Shown: piece by piece, positions 25,835-41,736 of the stretch
Numbering within the stretch: position 1 is the first letter of the stretch
Layout of the letters: each line of letters begins with the position of its first letter
Origin: Octopus vulgaris
Lineage: Eukaryota
Length of the DNA stretch: 64,000 bases
Assembly (NCBI GenBank): GCA_951406725.2
Contig: OX597821.1
Span: 84,010,001 to 84,074,000, forward strand
Direction: 5' to 3'
Program-made: the position numbers and the translations under genes
The notes under the pieces: model-generated
The model's input: the letters and a program-made list of their open reading frames with translations, nothing else
Database searches by the model: none
Told to the model about the DNA's origin: nothing

Positions 25835-26047
25835 CCTTTCTACCATCGGCACAAGGCCTGAAATTTGGTGGGAGGGGCCAGTCGGTTAGATCGATCCCAG
25901 TACGCAACTGGTACTTAATTTATCGACCCCCGAAATTTTGACAGGCAAACTCGACCTCGGCGGAATTTGAACTCAGAACGTAGTGACAGACGAAATACCG
26001 CTAAGCATTTCGCCCGGCGTGCTAACGATTCTGCCAGCTCGCCGCCT
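25835..26047 (-). mobile_element. SINE family B monomer, alternative tail
   Basis: Full family B head and body; tail ...CAAATTTCAGGCCTTGTGCC then (TTC)n(TTA)n. Confidence 0.85.
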
Positions 26048-26140
26048 TCTAATAATTAAATGCTTAGTGGCTTTTCGCCTGTCTTTAAGATCTGAATTCA
26101 AATTCCGCCTTTCAGTTTTTCTGGATTGATAAAATAAATA

Positions 26141-26707
26141 TTGGATTGTCCGGAAAGTTCATGCCGATTTTTAACGGAAAGAAAATGGTCAATAAATTCT
26201 TGCCATTACATTTTTAATCAACCAAATATGAACCATTTTGTTGCACAATGCGTCTCCATCTTTCCTTTAACTTGAAAATACCCTCTTCCCAGAATTGAGG
26301 TGGTTTCATGGCAAAGAATTCATCAAACTATCTTTTTACGTCATCCAACGAATTGAAATTTTTACCATTAAGACTATTCTGCAGAGACCTGAATAAGTGG
26401 AAATCCGAAGGAGCAATATCTGGTGAATATGGAGGGTGGGGTAACACATCCCAGCCGAGCTGCAGCAATTTTTGTCTGGTTCCCAAAGCATCAAGTGCCG
26501 AAAATGAACTTTTTTTTCTTCCATTTTAAAGGGTTACAGAATTAACACAGGTTATAGGAACATAAACCTTCTTCCACGAAAAGAGAGCTCAAACTGCGCT
26601 CTAAATGGAGGTGTAGTCAAATCCTATTTTATGGACTCAACCATGTTCTAAAAATAAGTCGAAAGGTAAGCTACTGTAAATCGGCATGAACTTTCAGGAC
26701 AACCCAA
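26141..26707 (-). mobile_element. Internally deleted mariner element with TIRs and TA TSD
   Basis: TIRs ttggattgtccggaaagttcatgccgattt / aaatcggcatgaactttcaggacaacccaa; HPPYSPDIAPSDFHLF remnant; splits a SINE B relic at a TA. Confidence 0.92.
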
Positions 26708-27246
26708 TACCAGTTAAACACTGCAGTCAACAAGCCCTCTCCATCAAAATTTCAGCCTTTGTGCTTATAGTAGAAAAGATTCTGAAAAGAATGGCTTTCG
26801 ATTAGCAGAATCAAAAGAACTTCGTATTATTTAAATATTGGCTTTAATGTCCTGAATTAAAATTTAACCGAGATTAACTCTGCTTTTCATCCTCTTAGGG
26901 ACAATAGAATAAATAATCGTTGTGTATAGGGGCCGATACAATCGACTACGGATTGAATGTGCGACACCGGAGCGTGGTGGCCAAACGACGTACTATTTCT
27001 TATAAGGGCTATGAGCAATCGTAGAGGATGCACTATGCAAGTTGTCGTCTGAAAAGCTGAAAATAGAAAAAAAATAATAAATAACAAAGAAAAGAAACCG
27101 CAGACGTGACTGTGTGGCTAAGAAACTTACCCTCGCAACCAAGTGGAATCGCGTTCTGTTCCACAGCGCGGCATCTTGGGCAAGTCCCTTCTACTATAGA
27201 CACTGACTTTGTAGATGGATATTTGGCAGCCGGACATTGAAAGAAG

Positions 27247-27326
<80 letters not shown>

Positions 27327-27520
27327 GAGTTTGTCCTCCACCATAACTTGACAACCAGTGTTCCATTGTTTACTCCACAGTAACCTAGTGGTTCGCCTAA
27401 CAGAACCGATAGAGTAAGTAGCAGACCTAAAAAAAATATTAGAGTTGATTGGTTCAACTAAACCTGTCAACGCGGTGCCCCAGCATGGCCGCAATTGACT
27501 GAAACTACCAAAAAAGGTAA

Positions 27521-27682
27521 GGCGCAGGAGTGGCTGTGTGGTAAGTAGTTTGCTTACCAACCACATGGTTCCGGGTTCAGTCCCACAGCGTAGCACCTTG
27601 GGAAAGTGTCTTCTACTATAGCCTCAGGCCGACCAAAGCCTTGTAAGTGGATTTGGTAGACGGAAACTTAAAGAAGCCCGTC

Positions 27683-27770
<88 letters not shown>

Positions 27771-27975
27771 TGTGTTTGTCCCCACTCAACATCGCTTGAC
27801 AACCGATGCTGGTGTGTTTATGTCCCAGTAACTTAGCAGTTCGACAAAAGAGCCCGGTAGAATAAGTACTAGGCTTACAAAAAATAACTCCTGGAGTCGA
27901 TTTGCTCGACTAAAGGCGGTGCTCCAGCATGACCGCAGTCAAATGGCTGAAACAAGTGAAAGATTAAAAGAGATA
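27521..27975 (+). mobile_element. SINE family A, full length, preceded by a diverged copy at 27097-27510
   Basis: Head to tail match to other family A copies. Confidence 0.9.
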
Positions 27976-28068
27976 AAGGATTAAGGAAATCGAAAGTAAC
28001 GTATCGGTCCAGAGGAAGTTAGTCTCAACACCGAATTGTGCGACTTGGTGGAAACCTGATAAATGGAG

Positions 28069-28120
<52 letters not shown>

Positions 28121-28338
28121 GGGATGACAGTGGAAAAAAAAGGAAAGAGAGAAAATGGTGTAGGATCATTAAATAGAAGGTAGGTGGCGTTTTGTGGTCG
28201 TTGGTTGGGGGGGAATCAATGGTGAACACAAACATGGTTTGGTGTTTATATGTATTTTTGAGGTAGGACGAAATGAATCAATATGGCGACACGTGCCGGA
28301 CTGGGACGGACCCCCAGCTTGTTATAATTGTAAAACAG

Positions 28339-28395
<57 letters not shown>

Positions 28396-28519
28396 GTGGG
28401 TGTTGTTTTTGGGTGTCTGGGCGGGTGGACAGACTGTGCATATGCAGAAAGCATGTGCAAATGTGTGTGCAAATGTGTGTGTGTTTACACGTGTTGTCTC
28501 GCCAATTGGGAAAATTACG

Positions 28520-28541
28520 GATGCTGCTGCTACTACTGCTG

Positions 28542-28598
<57 letters not shown>

Positions 28599-28647
28599 TC
28601 ACCACCAACATCACTAACTCACTACTATCACCAACACCACATGCCCC

Positions 28648-28678
<31 letters not shown>

Positions 28679-28690
28679 ACATCACTACCC

Positions 28691-28730
<40 letters not shown>

Positions 28731-30230
28731 CATATCGCTAAAAATGTATTGATATTAGTATCAATACTACCACCTTCACACGTCTCAAGACGACTATCAC
28801 CTATTACCTTCACCACTGCCACAACCCACCCTACTACCGTCATTGTCACCACCATCACCACCACTACCAGTACTACTATTACCTCCACCGTCTACACCAC
28901 CACCACCAACACCATCACTATTTACACGATTGCTTTTAACTATTACACGACAATAGCAATAACAATGGCTACCATCAGTCTTAAAGTAACATCCTCTCCA
29001 TCATCAGAGTGGCCACCACCATCAAGAATTCGCCTAGACCTGCAAGAAATAGCAGCCGAATCGCCTTCAAAGCATGTCCTAACATCTTACCATTAGGCAA
29101 AGTACATTAGATAATGTAGTCTTTTGTACCACTAATACAGGATGGCCATAGCTAGAACGTCTTTTACCGTTGATCTACTCTATCAATATTGATTGGGGAC
29201 TAAAGAACAACAACAACAACAACGACGACGACAATAACAACTCAATTAAAGAGCCTCTACGTGGTCGCTTTAGATGCTAGAAACAACAGCCTATTAACTT
29301 TCACATCGTAGCCTACTGCTTTGCACACGGTAAGGAAGCTTCCTATGATGTAGTCCCTTGATATACCCGTAAAAACGTTAGATAGTCGCGGCTGGAACGC
29401 CTTTCAACATAGATCTGTTAGATGAAGGTTGAGCTGGATTGGCTATTCTAAAATAATAATGACAGCAATGATGACCGCGACACCTTGAATAAGGAAAGGA
29501 GAAGATATATAAAGTAGTTCTACATAGTACGCAATTCCTGGTTGCAAGGGACGGTCATATCAGGAACGTCTCTCTGATCATAGTTTTGAAGACTCGATCT
29601 ACATGGTTAAACAACAAAGACATTGATGAACATCGCCGCCGCCGCTACCACCACCACCATCACCACCACCCAGCACCACCACCACCACCACCACCACCCA
29701 GCACCACCACCACCACCACCCAGCACCACCACCACCACCACCACCACCACCCAGCACCACCAGTATCATCATCATCGTCACCACTACCACCACCATCATC
29801 GTCATAATCAACAACAAAACTACTGCTTATACTACAACTACTACTACCACCAATACTATTACTACTATCACTACCACTACTACCACCACCGCTGCCACCG
29901 CTACCACCACCACCACCACCTCCATCGCTACTACTACTACTACTACTTCACTTCTGGATCCGTCACTTTACCAACCCACCACCATCACCACACTCATCAC
30001 TCCCATCGCCACTCCTTATCACAGCCATCATCCCCGCCATACGCAGCACCGTCACCATTTCCCCCTACACCACAATAACTATCATCTCCAACATCACCAT
30101 AACCATATCCCCCTTAATCCTCCACCAATCCCCCCCCCCCTATTGTAACCATTATCATCAACACCATCACGCCACCTGCGCACCCATCACTAGCCATCAC
30201 CACCATCACCAGATACCGACCACAACAACA
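28520..30230. repeat. (CTA)n/(CAC)n low-complexity region with SINE relics
   Basis: Trinucleotide runs; the 300-aa ORF at 28194 is a microsatellite artefact. Confidence 0.85.
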
Positions 30231-31260
30231 CAGATTCTACGTGATGATTAAATTAATAAATTAACCATTGATTAATTGATCAGACCGTCCAAGCAGCAAC
30301 TTCCTGGTTACTATAGCAACAATAGTAAGGATTCTCTTTGTCCCTTGTCCATCAATGTTGCCACAGTTAGCCTCACCACTCCCTGCCTATCCGAACCCCA
30401 GTTTGGTTGGGTAAGAGATCGTACAATTAGTTACTGTCTAATGACCAGATGCGAACAAGACGTTTGAAAATATGCCGCACATTACTCCACTACATACGGC
30501 AACATTTTCCTTGGACACTCCAGCAGAGAGCTAAGGGCATCTTCTCCCTTTAACTCCCTAATTACTTGTTGTGGTTGGTGGTGGAGGTGTTGTTATTTTT
30601 TTTTCCTTTTTGACCAAAGAAAAATAACCTTAGGTTGATTTACTTCCGGTGGTTCAACAATGGCCATAGTCTGTCCATAAACCGATCTACTATATTGCTT
30701 CTATTGAAGCTAAGCTAATTGTTTTCCCAATCACAAAAATTTCATCTTTGCCTTAATTAAATAAGAAACAAACAATCTTCATCCTGGATAGAATATGCGT
30801 CTATTGCGGATACAAACAGTTCGCGGTTATTCGAAAGACGACAGAAACCATATGTTTCTAAACCAGGCTTTTCATCGAAGATAGTTTGTCTTGCTGAACA
30901 ATGAATTACTTGTTAAATCCACAGTGCTACCCTTAGTTTTGCAACGCTAGATATATAACAGTGTGGTACCTATTTACAGCTGGGTGAACTGAGATGTCGG
31001 AAGCAAAGTGCTTTGGTTATGAACCGTTGCCTTAGCTGATTATTCAATTCACAATTGACGCGATCATTAATCGGAGAGGTCGGTGAAGACAATCCACAAG
31101 ATTGTTAAATCTTCCATTCAACGATAATGATTTCTAACGTAGACACAAGACGGCATATTTGATCTACCCCACTTTATTACTGGTACTGTGTCTATCGACT
31201 CCAAAAGGATGAAAGAAAAAAGTCGAGTATGGTTTTAGAAATCAGAATGTAACTTAACAA

Positions 31261-31330
<70 letters not shown>

Positions 31331-31335
31331 TTTTG

Positions 31336-31374
<39 letters not shown>

Positions 31375-31376
<2 letters not shown>

Positions 31377-31538
31377 GAGAAGAAAATGGATATAATAACA
31401 TTGGGAAGCTCGTGGTTTTCGCCGGTATGTCTTTAATTAATTAGATAACAAAGAACGAAGGAGCAAATCTAATTAAAGACATACCAGCGAAAACCATGAG
31501 CTTCCCGATGTTAATGTATCAATTTTCTTCTCCTATAT
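31375..31538. repeat. Diverged palindrome abutting (TA)n
   Basis: gagaagaaaatgga...gggaagctcgtggttttcgccggtatgtctttaatta / taattaaagacataccagcgaaaaccatgagcttccc...attttcttctc. Confidence 0.85.
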
Positions 31539-31685
31539 AACCTAAACTTCGGTTTACCAACCGAACCACCTGCTACCGTACAACCTTACAAAAAAGACTA
31601 TACCTACCCAGGTTATAACCAGGAGCGTTCTGGATTTAATTATCCCTTAGAAGTATTATACCCCTCTAACTGATACCTACACTAA

Positions 31686-31743
<58 letters not shown>

Positions 31744-32422
31744 CAACAACAACAATAAAATAATAATGATGATGATGATAATAATAATAAGGGTCATTAC
31801 GAAGTTACAGAGCATTACCTTCAATTCTTTTCATATATGTACAGCTTACACAGACCTACACTTGTTTCAACTGCACTAATTAGTAACTAATGCATTTGCA
31901 GCCTTTCTATAACAGCGGTACAGTTTCTTCAGGGTCTTTACTGAAACTAATCTTGAAGAGAGATGCCATGTCCTTGATGAGGTCGTGAATAGTGACAAAA
32001 GGACTTTCACGAATAAACCGATTGATTGTTTAATCAGTACATTATACAAACGATCGATTAGCTAGTTGGTTAGATATTTAACCAAGTGACAAACAAAAAG
32101 AAGTAATACAGAACCAGTGCGTTTGTTATTATTATTGGCGTAATGACCCTCTCTGACACAGCGTTATTTTTTAAAAACTGTCATGTAATTCTAAAAACGG
32201 AACAAATCAATGAAGTATTCTTTCGGGAGAAGGGAATATTGCTTTCAAGCCCGAGAAAAATCCCGAAAAGTCTGGACGTGATGGGAAAAGACTGGAAAGC
32301 GCTGCTGAACAGTTTTGAAATAAGATTTTGGCTAAGGTTAGTATAATGCTGCGGATAAACCCCTTTGTAGAATCTTATTCTTGCCAATGTAAATTGTTAC
32401 GAGACTATAATTACTGAGTACC

Positions 32423-32841
32423 GTTTCTTATTTCTTTATTGTCCACAGGGGCTAAACATAGAGGGGACAAACAAGGACAGACAAAGGGATTAAGTCGATT
32501 ACATCGACCCTAGTGTCTAACTGGTACTTAATTTATCGACCCCGAAAGGATGAAAGGCAAAGTCGACCTCGGCGGAATTTGAACTCAGAACGTAACGGCA
32601 AACGAAATACCTGTTTCTTTACTATCCACAAGGGGCTAAACACAGAGAGGACAAACAAGGACAGAAAAACGGATTAAGTCGATTACTTCAACCCCAGTGC
32701 ATAACTGGTACTTATTTATACGACCCCGAAAGGACGAAAGGCAAAGTCGACTTCGGCGGAATTTGAACTCAGAACGTAGCGGCAGACGAAATACCGCTAA
32801 GCATTTCGCCCGGCAATGCTAACGTTTCTGCCAGCTCGCCG
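32423..32841 (-). mobile_element. SINE family B tandem dimer
   Basis: Two units with the same junctions as the 22712 trimer. Confidence 0.9.
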
Positions 32842-33099
32842 TATCTAACTACCGTAATTAGCTGCCTTCCATTGCTCACAATACAAATCAACAAGGGAAT
32901 CTTTGTGTCGTTGCTCTACCTGCTAGAAATAGCAACCAAGTTTTACCCTAGAGTTTTATTTAAGAGACTCTGCCATCTGAAACATGATTATTCATTTCGA
33001 AGAAATATATTTTATACGATGTCATGCAAGAAACATCAGTCGTGTAATGTGGTGAAGATGCATTGTATATGAAACACAAATGCTCGTGTTCACACAGAA

Positions 33100-33175
<76 letters not shown>

Positions 33176-33440
33176 GATATGGTTACGACTGGAAAACTTT
33201 TCAATCACAGGTTTGCTTAAAAACAGCCAAAATTCTGGACCAGCAACAGCGACAATACACAGCCTACCATCACAAACTACCGTCACTGTTTTACTATAAA
33301 TGGCTTCCATCACTAGGCGACCATCACTATACTACTATTAACAGTTTACAAACGTAGCTAACACAACTTACCTAAACCATCACTAGTTAGCTACCATTAC
33401 TTGCTTACACCGACACTCGCTGCTACCATTACTAGCCTGT

Positions 33441-33787
33441 GGAAGCACTCTGTCGGTTACGACGATGCGGGTTCCGGTTGATCCGAATCAACGGAACAGC
33501 CTGCTCGTGAAATTAGCGTGCAAGTGGCTGAGCACTCCACAGACACGTGTACCCTTAACATAGTTCTCGAGGATATTCAGCGTGACACAGAGAGTGACAA
33601 GGCCGGCCCTTTGAAATACAGGTACAACAGAAACAGGAAGTAAGACTGAGAGAAAATTGTGGTGAAAGAGTACAGCAGCTTTAGGTGTTTTCGCTCAATA
33701 AACACTCACAACGCCCGGTCTGGGAATTGAAACCGCGATCCTATGACCGCGAGTCCGCTGCCCTAACCACTGGGCCATTGCGCCTCC
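33441..33787 (-). mobile_element. SINE family C, tail type 1
   Basis: TSD actagcctgt at 33431-33440 and 33788-33797. Confidence 0.9.
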
Positions 33788-34377
33788 ACTAGCCTGTACT
33801 ACACTAGCTACAAACATTCCCAGGCTAAATCAACACTGTACTACCATTATTAGTAACTGGTATCGTCACCAGCATGCCAGGCAGTTCTGGTCACCGTCTT
33901 CAAATGATAACAAACAACATTTGTTTTCCAAGTTTGACAGAGTCTCTATTATGAATGCGACTGGCCTTATCCTATAATCTGTTGACACATCCAATAAACA
34001 GCATAAAATGTACACAGAGAACAGAATCATAATAAATGAGGTAGAATATAGTCAACCGTCTGTTATCTGAGATTACGGATTGTTGTGAAAGCATTATTGT
34101 CACCGAGACGTTTTCGTTTGAAATGTAAAGACCTTTGAACGAAGTTCAATAACCTTGTCAGAAACAACGAAGACATCCGCGAAAGTTTAAAGAGAAATAT
34201 TAAAACTGAGAATTATCATGCAAAATGCAGGATATTCAACGAAAGATGGGAAAAGGGTTAAGTAAAATTAGAACTATTGAAGTCAAAAGTAAAACAAGAC
34301 ACCCACACACCTCTACACATTTATGGTTTTCCGTATTTATTTATATATGTACGTATTTCCTGTTGTGTGCTTATATG

Positions 34378-34426
<49 letters not shown>

Positions 34427-34448
34427 TTCCTATTACGTGTATGTCGAT

Positions 34449-34479
<31 letters not shown>

Positions 34480-34666
34480 ATAAATATATATATATATATA
34501 TATATAAGGCGTGGCTGTGTGACAAGACACTTGCTTTCCAACCACATGGTTCCGGCTTCAGTCCCACTGCGTGGCACCTTGAGCAAGTGTCTTCTTCTAT
34601 AGCTTCGGGTCGACCAAAGCCTTGTGAGTGAATTTGGTAGAGGGAAACTGAAAGAAGCCCGTCGTA

Positions 34667-34784
<118 letters not shown>

Positions 34785-36405
34785 GGGCGCCTGTGTCATC
34801 CATGTTTTTAACCGTTACTGTCTCCAAAAAAGATTTTTCGTTTCATGTTCGTCTCTGTTGCGTTGCATTCTTTCCTTCTGTGGCTGGCTGATTCAGAGCG
34901 GATCTCAGAATTAAACAGCCGAAATCTGCGATGAGGGAACAGTTTCTGATTGAAGAATGAAGGCTTTGAATGACCCGTTTGTCTTTTTGTTCGTCCCTTC
35001 GTGTATTTCATGTTATTTATTTATGTAAAGGTTTATTATAGGTATGTATGTATGTATACATGTAATGAACATGTACATATTCAATACAAATATATATATG
35101 TATGTATACATGCCATATGTGTGTGGGTGTGAGGTGGGTGGTGCGAGTGTGTGTATGTAAGTATTATGTGTTTGTATGTATATATGTATGTGTTTGTATG
35201 TGTGCATGAATGTATGTATGTATGTATGTATGTATGTATGTATGTATGTATGTATGTGTTTGTATGTGTGTATGTATGTATGTATGCATGTATGTACAAT
35301 AGGAAATGATGATAACTTTTTCAATTTCCTTCCAACGTTAGCCAACCAAACGTTAGCCAACTAAAATTAGCCTACTAATAATAGCCTACAAATTCTGCTC
35401 TACGAATGCCAGTCTACCAACACTAAGTCACCACGCGTTGCCTTCTATCTCCAACATTCCAACATTAACCTACGACCGTTATTTTACCATCAAGCGGATG
35501 TGTCTCAAATTTTTTTTATGAAAAAGAAAATTTGGATATATCTTCATTGGTATGTTTTGAGATATTGTAGAGAATATTGTTCTAGGTTCGACACTTCTCA
35601 GATCTCACTGAATAATCCATCTCTTTTGGTGTGTCGCAAGTGGAGAGAAAATGTTAGTTCCTTGTATATTTTCTTGAGAAAATGTTAGGCTTTCACCCCC
35701 TGAAAAAGAGAAGTTATTTCAATGTTTTTAAAGACAGTGAATGGCAAAAATAGAAGATAGACATTAAAGGAAAAGCCTTATCTTCGTTTTCGTTCCTGAA
35801 ATTTATAAGTCCAAATAACTTTTTGGGTGATCAAAGAGAGGATTGATGTGAATCGGGATTGTTTCATGAATAAAGCAGATATACTTATTTAGCCAATAGC
35901 CAAGAATGCCCAAGCTCTATAAAAGAAGTCTAGCTACATAAATAGCTATATAAACAAGAATGCATTTTGCACCAAAAAGCCAATATGTGAGTTTCTCACA
36001 TGGTAACCACTGTAGTAAAATTTGTTCAAACAGAATATCCACGTTTAAATGGAGCGTAAATATTAGCGTTCGGTATTAATATTGTCGCCGTCGCTAATAT
36101 ATATAAATAACATTGTACTTTGTGGAGAGGGAAATTTCCTGAACCTTTTTTATGGTCAAACTGAAATCGAATTGAAAATCTACTCATATTTATTCATTTA
36201 TTTATTTTATATCGTGTATTTGGGGACAGTTCACAACTATCTGCAGGTTTAGTTGTGGAGTTATGAAGCTCGTTTCGCAATCTTGTGGTTTCTGGTTCAG
36301 TCCCGCTGCGTGGCACTCTGTACCAGTGTTTCCTACAATAGCCCTTGCGAGTGAATTTTGGAAAGTGGAAAATACGTGGAAGATCGCTTTGTGTGTGTGT
36401 GTATA

Positions 36406-36659
36406 CATAGGCTTGGATAAATTAATGGAAACACCTAGCATCATAGCCTCATAATTTTGAAATATCTATAAAATACAAGAACCGGAGCCTGTTTTAGCTG
36501 AAGAATGAACAAAAATTCCTTTGGAAACAATTGATATTCTGTACGAGTCCATACCTCGTAGAATTCAAGCTGTAATTACTGCTAAAGGCGGTCCTACGCC
36601 ATATTAAAATAAATTTGTATAAAATTTTAAGGTGTTTCCATTATTTTGTCCAACCCCTG
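36406..36659 (+). mobile_element. MITE-sized deletion derivative of the Tc1 family at 14613
   Basis: Same TIRs (ttggataaattaatggaaacacct / aggtgtttccattattttgtccaacccctg) and transposase tail RIQAVITAKGGPTPY. Confidence 0.85.
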
Positions 36660-36814
36660 TATATGTATACATATATATAGCGAGAGAGAGGGAGAGAGAG
36701 AAAGAGAAAGATATAGATATACATAGATACGTATATACGTATATATAAATGCATACGTACATACATGCATGTATGTATGCATACATACGTAAATACATAT
36801 ATAAATACATGTAG

Positions 36815-37040
36815 AAATCAGCTGTCTGGGAAAAAAGGGAACATTTATGGAAAATTAATGTGGAAATTACAGCTCTTGTAATCTGACTTATGAATTTGCA
36901 TTTGTATCTACCATCATAGGTGCATTAGGTTATGTACCAGCAAATTTTCACAAGAACCTAGAAATATTAAGTTCTACAGAGAAAGAACAAGAGAAACTGA
37001 AGCGGATTCTCCAAATCCAATCTGTCTGTGGCACAGTGAT
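36815..37040 (+). mobile_element. C-terminal restriction-like endonuclease remnant of an R4/Dong/NeSL-type non-LTR retrotransposon
   Basis: Manual translation gives YGKLMWKLQLL*...EFAFVSTIIGALGYVPANFHKNLEIL...LQIQSVCGTV. Confidence 0.65.
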
Positions 37041-37530
37041 GAGTTCGATCACCCTGAATTGAGCTTGCTCAATAAGACTTGGTGTAGGAACCTTGACTGA
37101 CCATCTTCTGACCATTGAAGACGGTGTTTCATGATCAACGATTCGATGCTTTGACTGTTGGCTCTTTCCAGGATTTTGTTGTTCACTTAGTGTTCCCGTT
37201 CAAGATTGAATTATTCTAATTTTTGAATATCCAGGTTTCGCAGCCATGTTGCAAGGTTGAGATGACAACAGCATTATAGACCATAATTTTCGTTGTTAAC
37301 TTCAGATTTTTCTTGTTGAAGACGCGTTTAATTAGCTTTTCAAACGCCCCATGTACAACCCCAATTCTGTGTCCCACATCCTTTTCTGAGGTGTACTTGT
37401 TTGACAGAAGGCTGCCTAGATACGGAAAATGCTCTACTATCAGAGATAATAACATCAATATCTGGTAAGATGGTATTTCGGGCTGGTTGTGCAAGGACTT
37501 TGGTTTTCTGGATGCTTACTGTAAAACTAA
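37041..37530 (-). mobile_element. RTE-clade LINE reverse transcriptase C-terminal fragment
   Basis: KTKVL...VEHFPYLGSLLS...RIG...AF...KIMVYNAVVISTLQHGCETW. Confidence 0.85.
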
Positions 37531-37553
37531 GGGGGTGGTAGGCCATAACAAAG

Positions 37554-37585
<32 letters not shown>

Positions 37586-38337
37586 TGTATGTATGTATGT
37601 ATGTGAGTGTGTACATATATGTATGTGTGTATGACTGTGTTTGTGTCTGCTCCCCCAACACCATGTGACAACCGGTGTTTCGTTTGTTTAGGTCCCATTT
37701 AAAGAGCAAACATCAGACTTTTAAAAAATATACCGGAGTCGATTTGTTCTTTTAAAACCCATCAAGAGGTGGCCCAGCGTAGCTGCAATCCAAAGACTGA
37801 AACATGTAAAAGCTACAAAAAAATAAATAAATAAGTAAATAAATAAAAACAAAGATGGATGGATGCGTCTTCCAGACCAGAACCGACAACAACAATACAC
37901 ATCGACAAACAACAACAACAACGACGACAACAACAATAACAACAACAAGCAATAAAAGTGGACAAATGCAATTGTAGCATAAAGCTGGATATTAGCTTGA
38001 CCTGTGGGTGGTTTGTGTGTATGAGGAGAGGGAGGTCAATGGAAGGTTAGGGTCGATAGCTAAGTACTGTGAGCGTAGGGTAAATATTCTTGCAGTGACT
38101 GAACCAATCAGAAATATTAAGGGCTTTGGGTTCACAACCTTAAAGGTATTGGGAAACTTCATGAGTGTATGTGTGTGTGCATGTGTGTGTGTGTGTGTAT
38201 GTGTGTGTATGTGTGTATGTGTGTTTATATTTGTTTGTTTCTTTGTGTGTGTGTGTGTATATATATATGTATGTGTATTTGCGTGTGTCTGTATATAGGA
38301 CTCCTGTATGTTCGGTCGTGTATATGTATGTGTGTGC

Positions 38338-38412
<75 letters not shown>

Positions 38413-38429
38413 CACATATACACACACGC

Positions 38430-38463
<34 letters not shown>

Positions 38464-38746
38464 GTATGCATGATGTACGTATGTATTTACATATACACAT
38501 ACACTCATGCACACACTCATACATGCACACATATTCATGCATACACCCACGCACACACATGCACGCGCATATACGTACACATGTACATACATGTGAACAT
38601 GCACATACACACACATATGTATAAAAAAAAACAGTGACCCACCCACAGACATCGCCTTTATAGCCCATCGTTTTCTCTTCTATTTTTTCTGCTGTCTCCT
38701 TAATACAGACACACCCACATAAATACACAACCAAAAACACATCTAT

Positions 38747-38792
<46 letters not shown>

Positions 38793-39204
38793 ACAGGTAC
38801 GTACACAGAGAATTACATACTATTTAATGTGTGTGTGTGAGTGAGTGTATAAGCAAATGCATATATGCATGAAGATATTCATACATATATGCATGAATGT
38901 ATATATATTTATGAATGATAAATAAACATTTATGAGCACGCGCGAACACTGACACACACACACACACGCACACACACACACGCACACACACACACACACC
39001 GCCTCTCCACACACACAAAGCTGGTATATTTTACGTCGCCAGACAGAAATATATAAGGTGAGATTAAGCAAATACAATATCTACAAACGTATGTACGTAT
39101 AGTATATATATACATATACATATATTTATGCATATATGCATATATTCATATATGTATATATACATATTATACGTATACACATACACATATATATGCATAC
39201 ATAC

Positions 39205-39256
<52 letters not shown>

Positions 39257-39309
39257 TAGATAGATAGATACATACATACATACATAGATATATGTGTGTA
39301 TATATATAT

Positions 39310-39356
<47 letters not shown>

Positions 39357-39381
39357 AATATATATACATACATATATAACA

Positions 39382-39473
<92 letters not shown>

Positions 39474-40274
39474 TTTATACACACGCACATACATGTAGTG
39501 TATTTTTGTGTATATCGAAATATATCAATCATTGTTAGGTTTATTTTTTTTATGTATTATTTCTTTTTGATTCTTATATATTTACATATTTATTTATGTA
39601 TTTTGTCACCTTTTTCTTTTCCCCACTCCCTTCCTCACCAATTCATCAGGGGAGTGCATTGTAAATATAGTTAGAAAGAGCCCCATACTCTTTCTCTCAC
39701 TCTCTCTCTTTCCCCCGTCACTCCCTCTCTCTCTCTCTCCTCCGTCACTCCCCCTCTCTCTCTCTCACGCATGTAGTCACACAAACATTCACACATGAAC
39801 GAACACACGCGCACATGCATGCATATATATGTACGTACGTACGTACGTATGTATGTATGCATGTATGTAAGTATGTATGTGTGTATGTATGTAAGTATGT
39901 ATGTGTGTATGTATGTAAGTATGTATGTGTGTATGTATGTATGTGTGTATGTATGTATGTATGTGTGTATTTATGTATGTGTGTGTATGTATGTATGTAT
40001 GTGTGTATGTATGTATGTATGGATGTATGTGCACATACATACACACTAGCATACGTATTCACACACATAGATGCACAGACACACCTGCATGTAAACCTAT
40101 ATAGATTCAGAGACATGTGTGTGTGTCTGTGTGTGTTTGTATACCTGCACGCATACTAGAAATTGATATATATACATACATACAAAGATACATACACAAA
40201 CACCCAGCAGCACGAACAGCAAGCAGACCTAAGCACACGCCCGTATACACCATAGATATGTTTATGTATGTATA

Positions 40275-40305
<31 letters not shown>

Positions 40306-40346
40306 ATATGTATATATATACATAAATATATAAAAAAAAAAAAAAA

Positions 40347-40585
<239 letters not shown>

Positions 40586-40636
40586 ACATACATAAATTCA
40601 TTCATATATATACATATTTAAATGGATATATGTAAA

Positions 40637-40686
<50 letters not shown>

Positions 40687-40748
40687 ATATATATTATATA
40701 TATATACATATATATACATACACATACATTTATGTATATGTATATATA

Positions 40749-40804
<56 letters not shown>

Positions 40805-40963
40805 TGTCCCGCCAGATAGTGTTTAGGCATTAATGTCATGTAAAATGTCGTCTTCTTGTGGGACGTCAAGAATATCTGACAGTCTGTCCGTCTGGATGTC
40901 TGTCTTCCTTCAGTCAGTTAGTCTCTTTCTCTGTCTCTCTCTATACCTCTCTCTTCTCTCTCT

Positions 40964-41009
<46 letters not shown>

Positions 41010-41044
41010 CATACATATACATATATATAAATCTATATCTATAC

Positions 41045-41134
<90 letters not shown>

Positions 41135-41420
41135 AAACATGCTTTACAAACGGAATGATGAACAGAAAATAAATTAAGCCATACATATCAATATACGTGT
41201 GTGTGTGTGATTGTTTGTATGTATATATATGTATTTATGTGTGTGTATGCAAGTTTCTATGTGTATGTAATCAATGAGATAAAGATAAGTATGGCAATCA
41301 TTTTTTGCATACATACATACTACATAATATACATCCATATATATTCATATTTATATCGATATATATATGTATACATGTATATATGGGTAAAGAGACACAG
41401 ACATATACATACATTCATAC

Positions 41421-41469
<49 letters not shown>

Positions 41470-41544
41470 TACAGACATACATATATATATATATATATAC
41501 ACACATATATATATATATATACACACATATACATACATATACAC

Positions 41545-41736
<192 letters not shown>

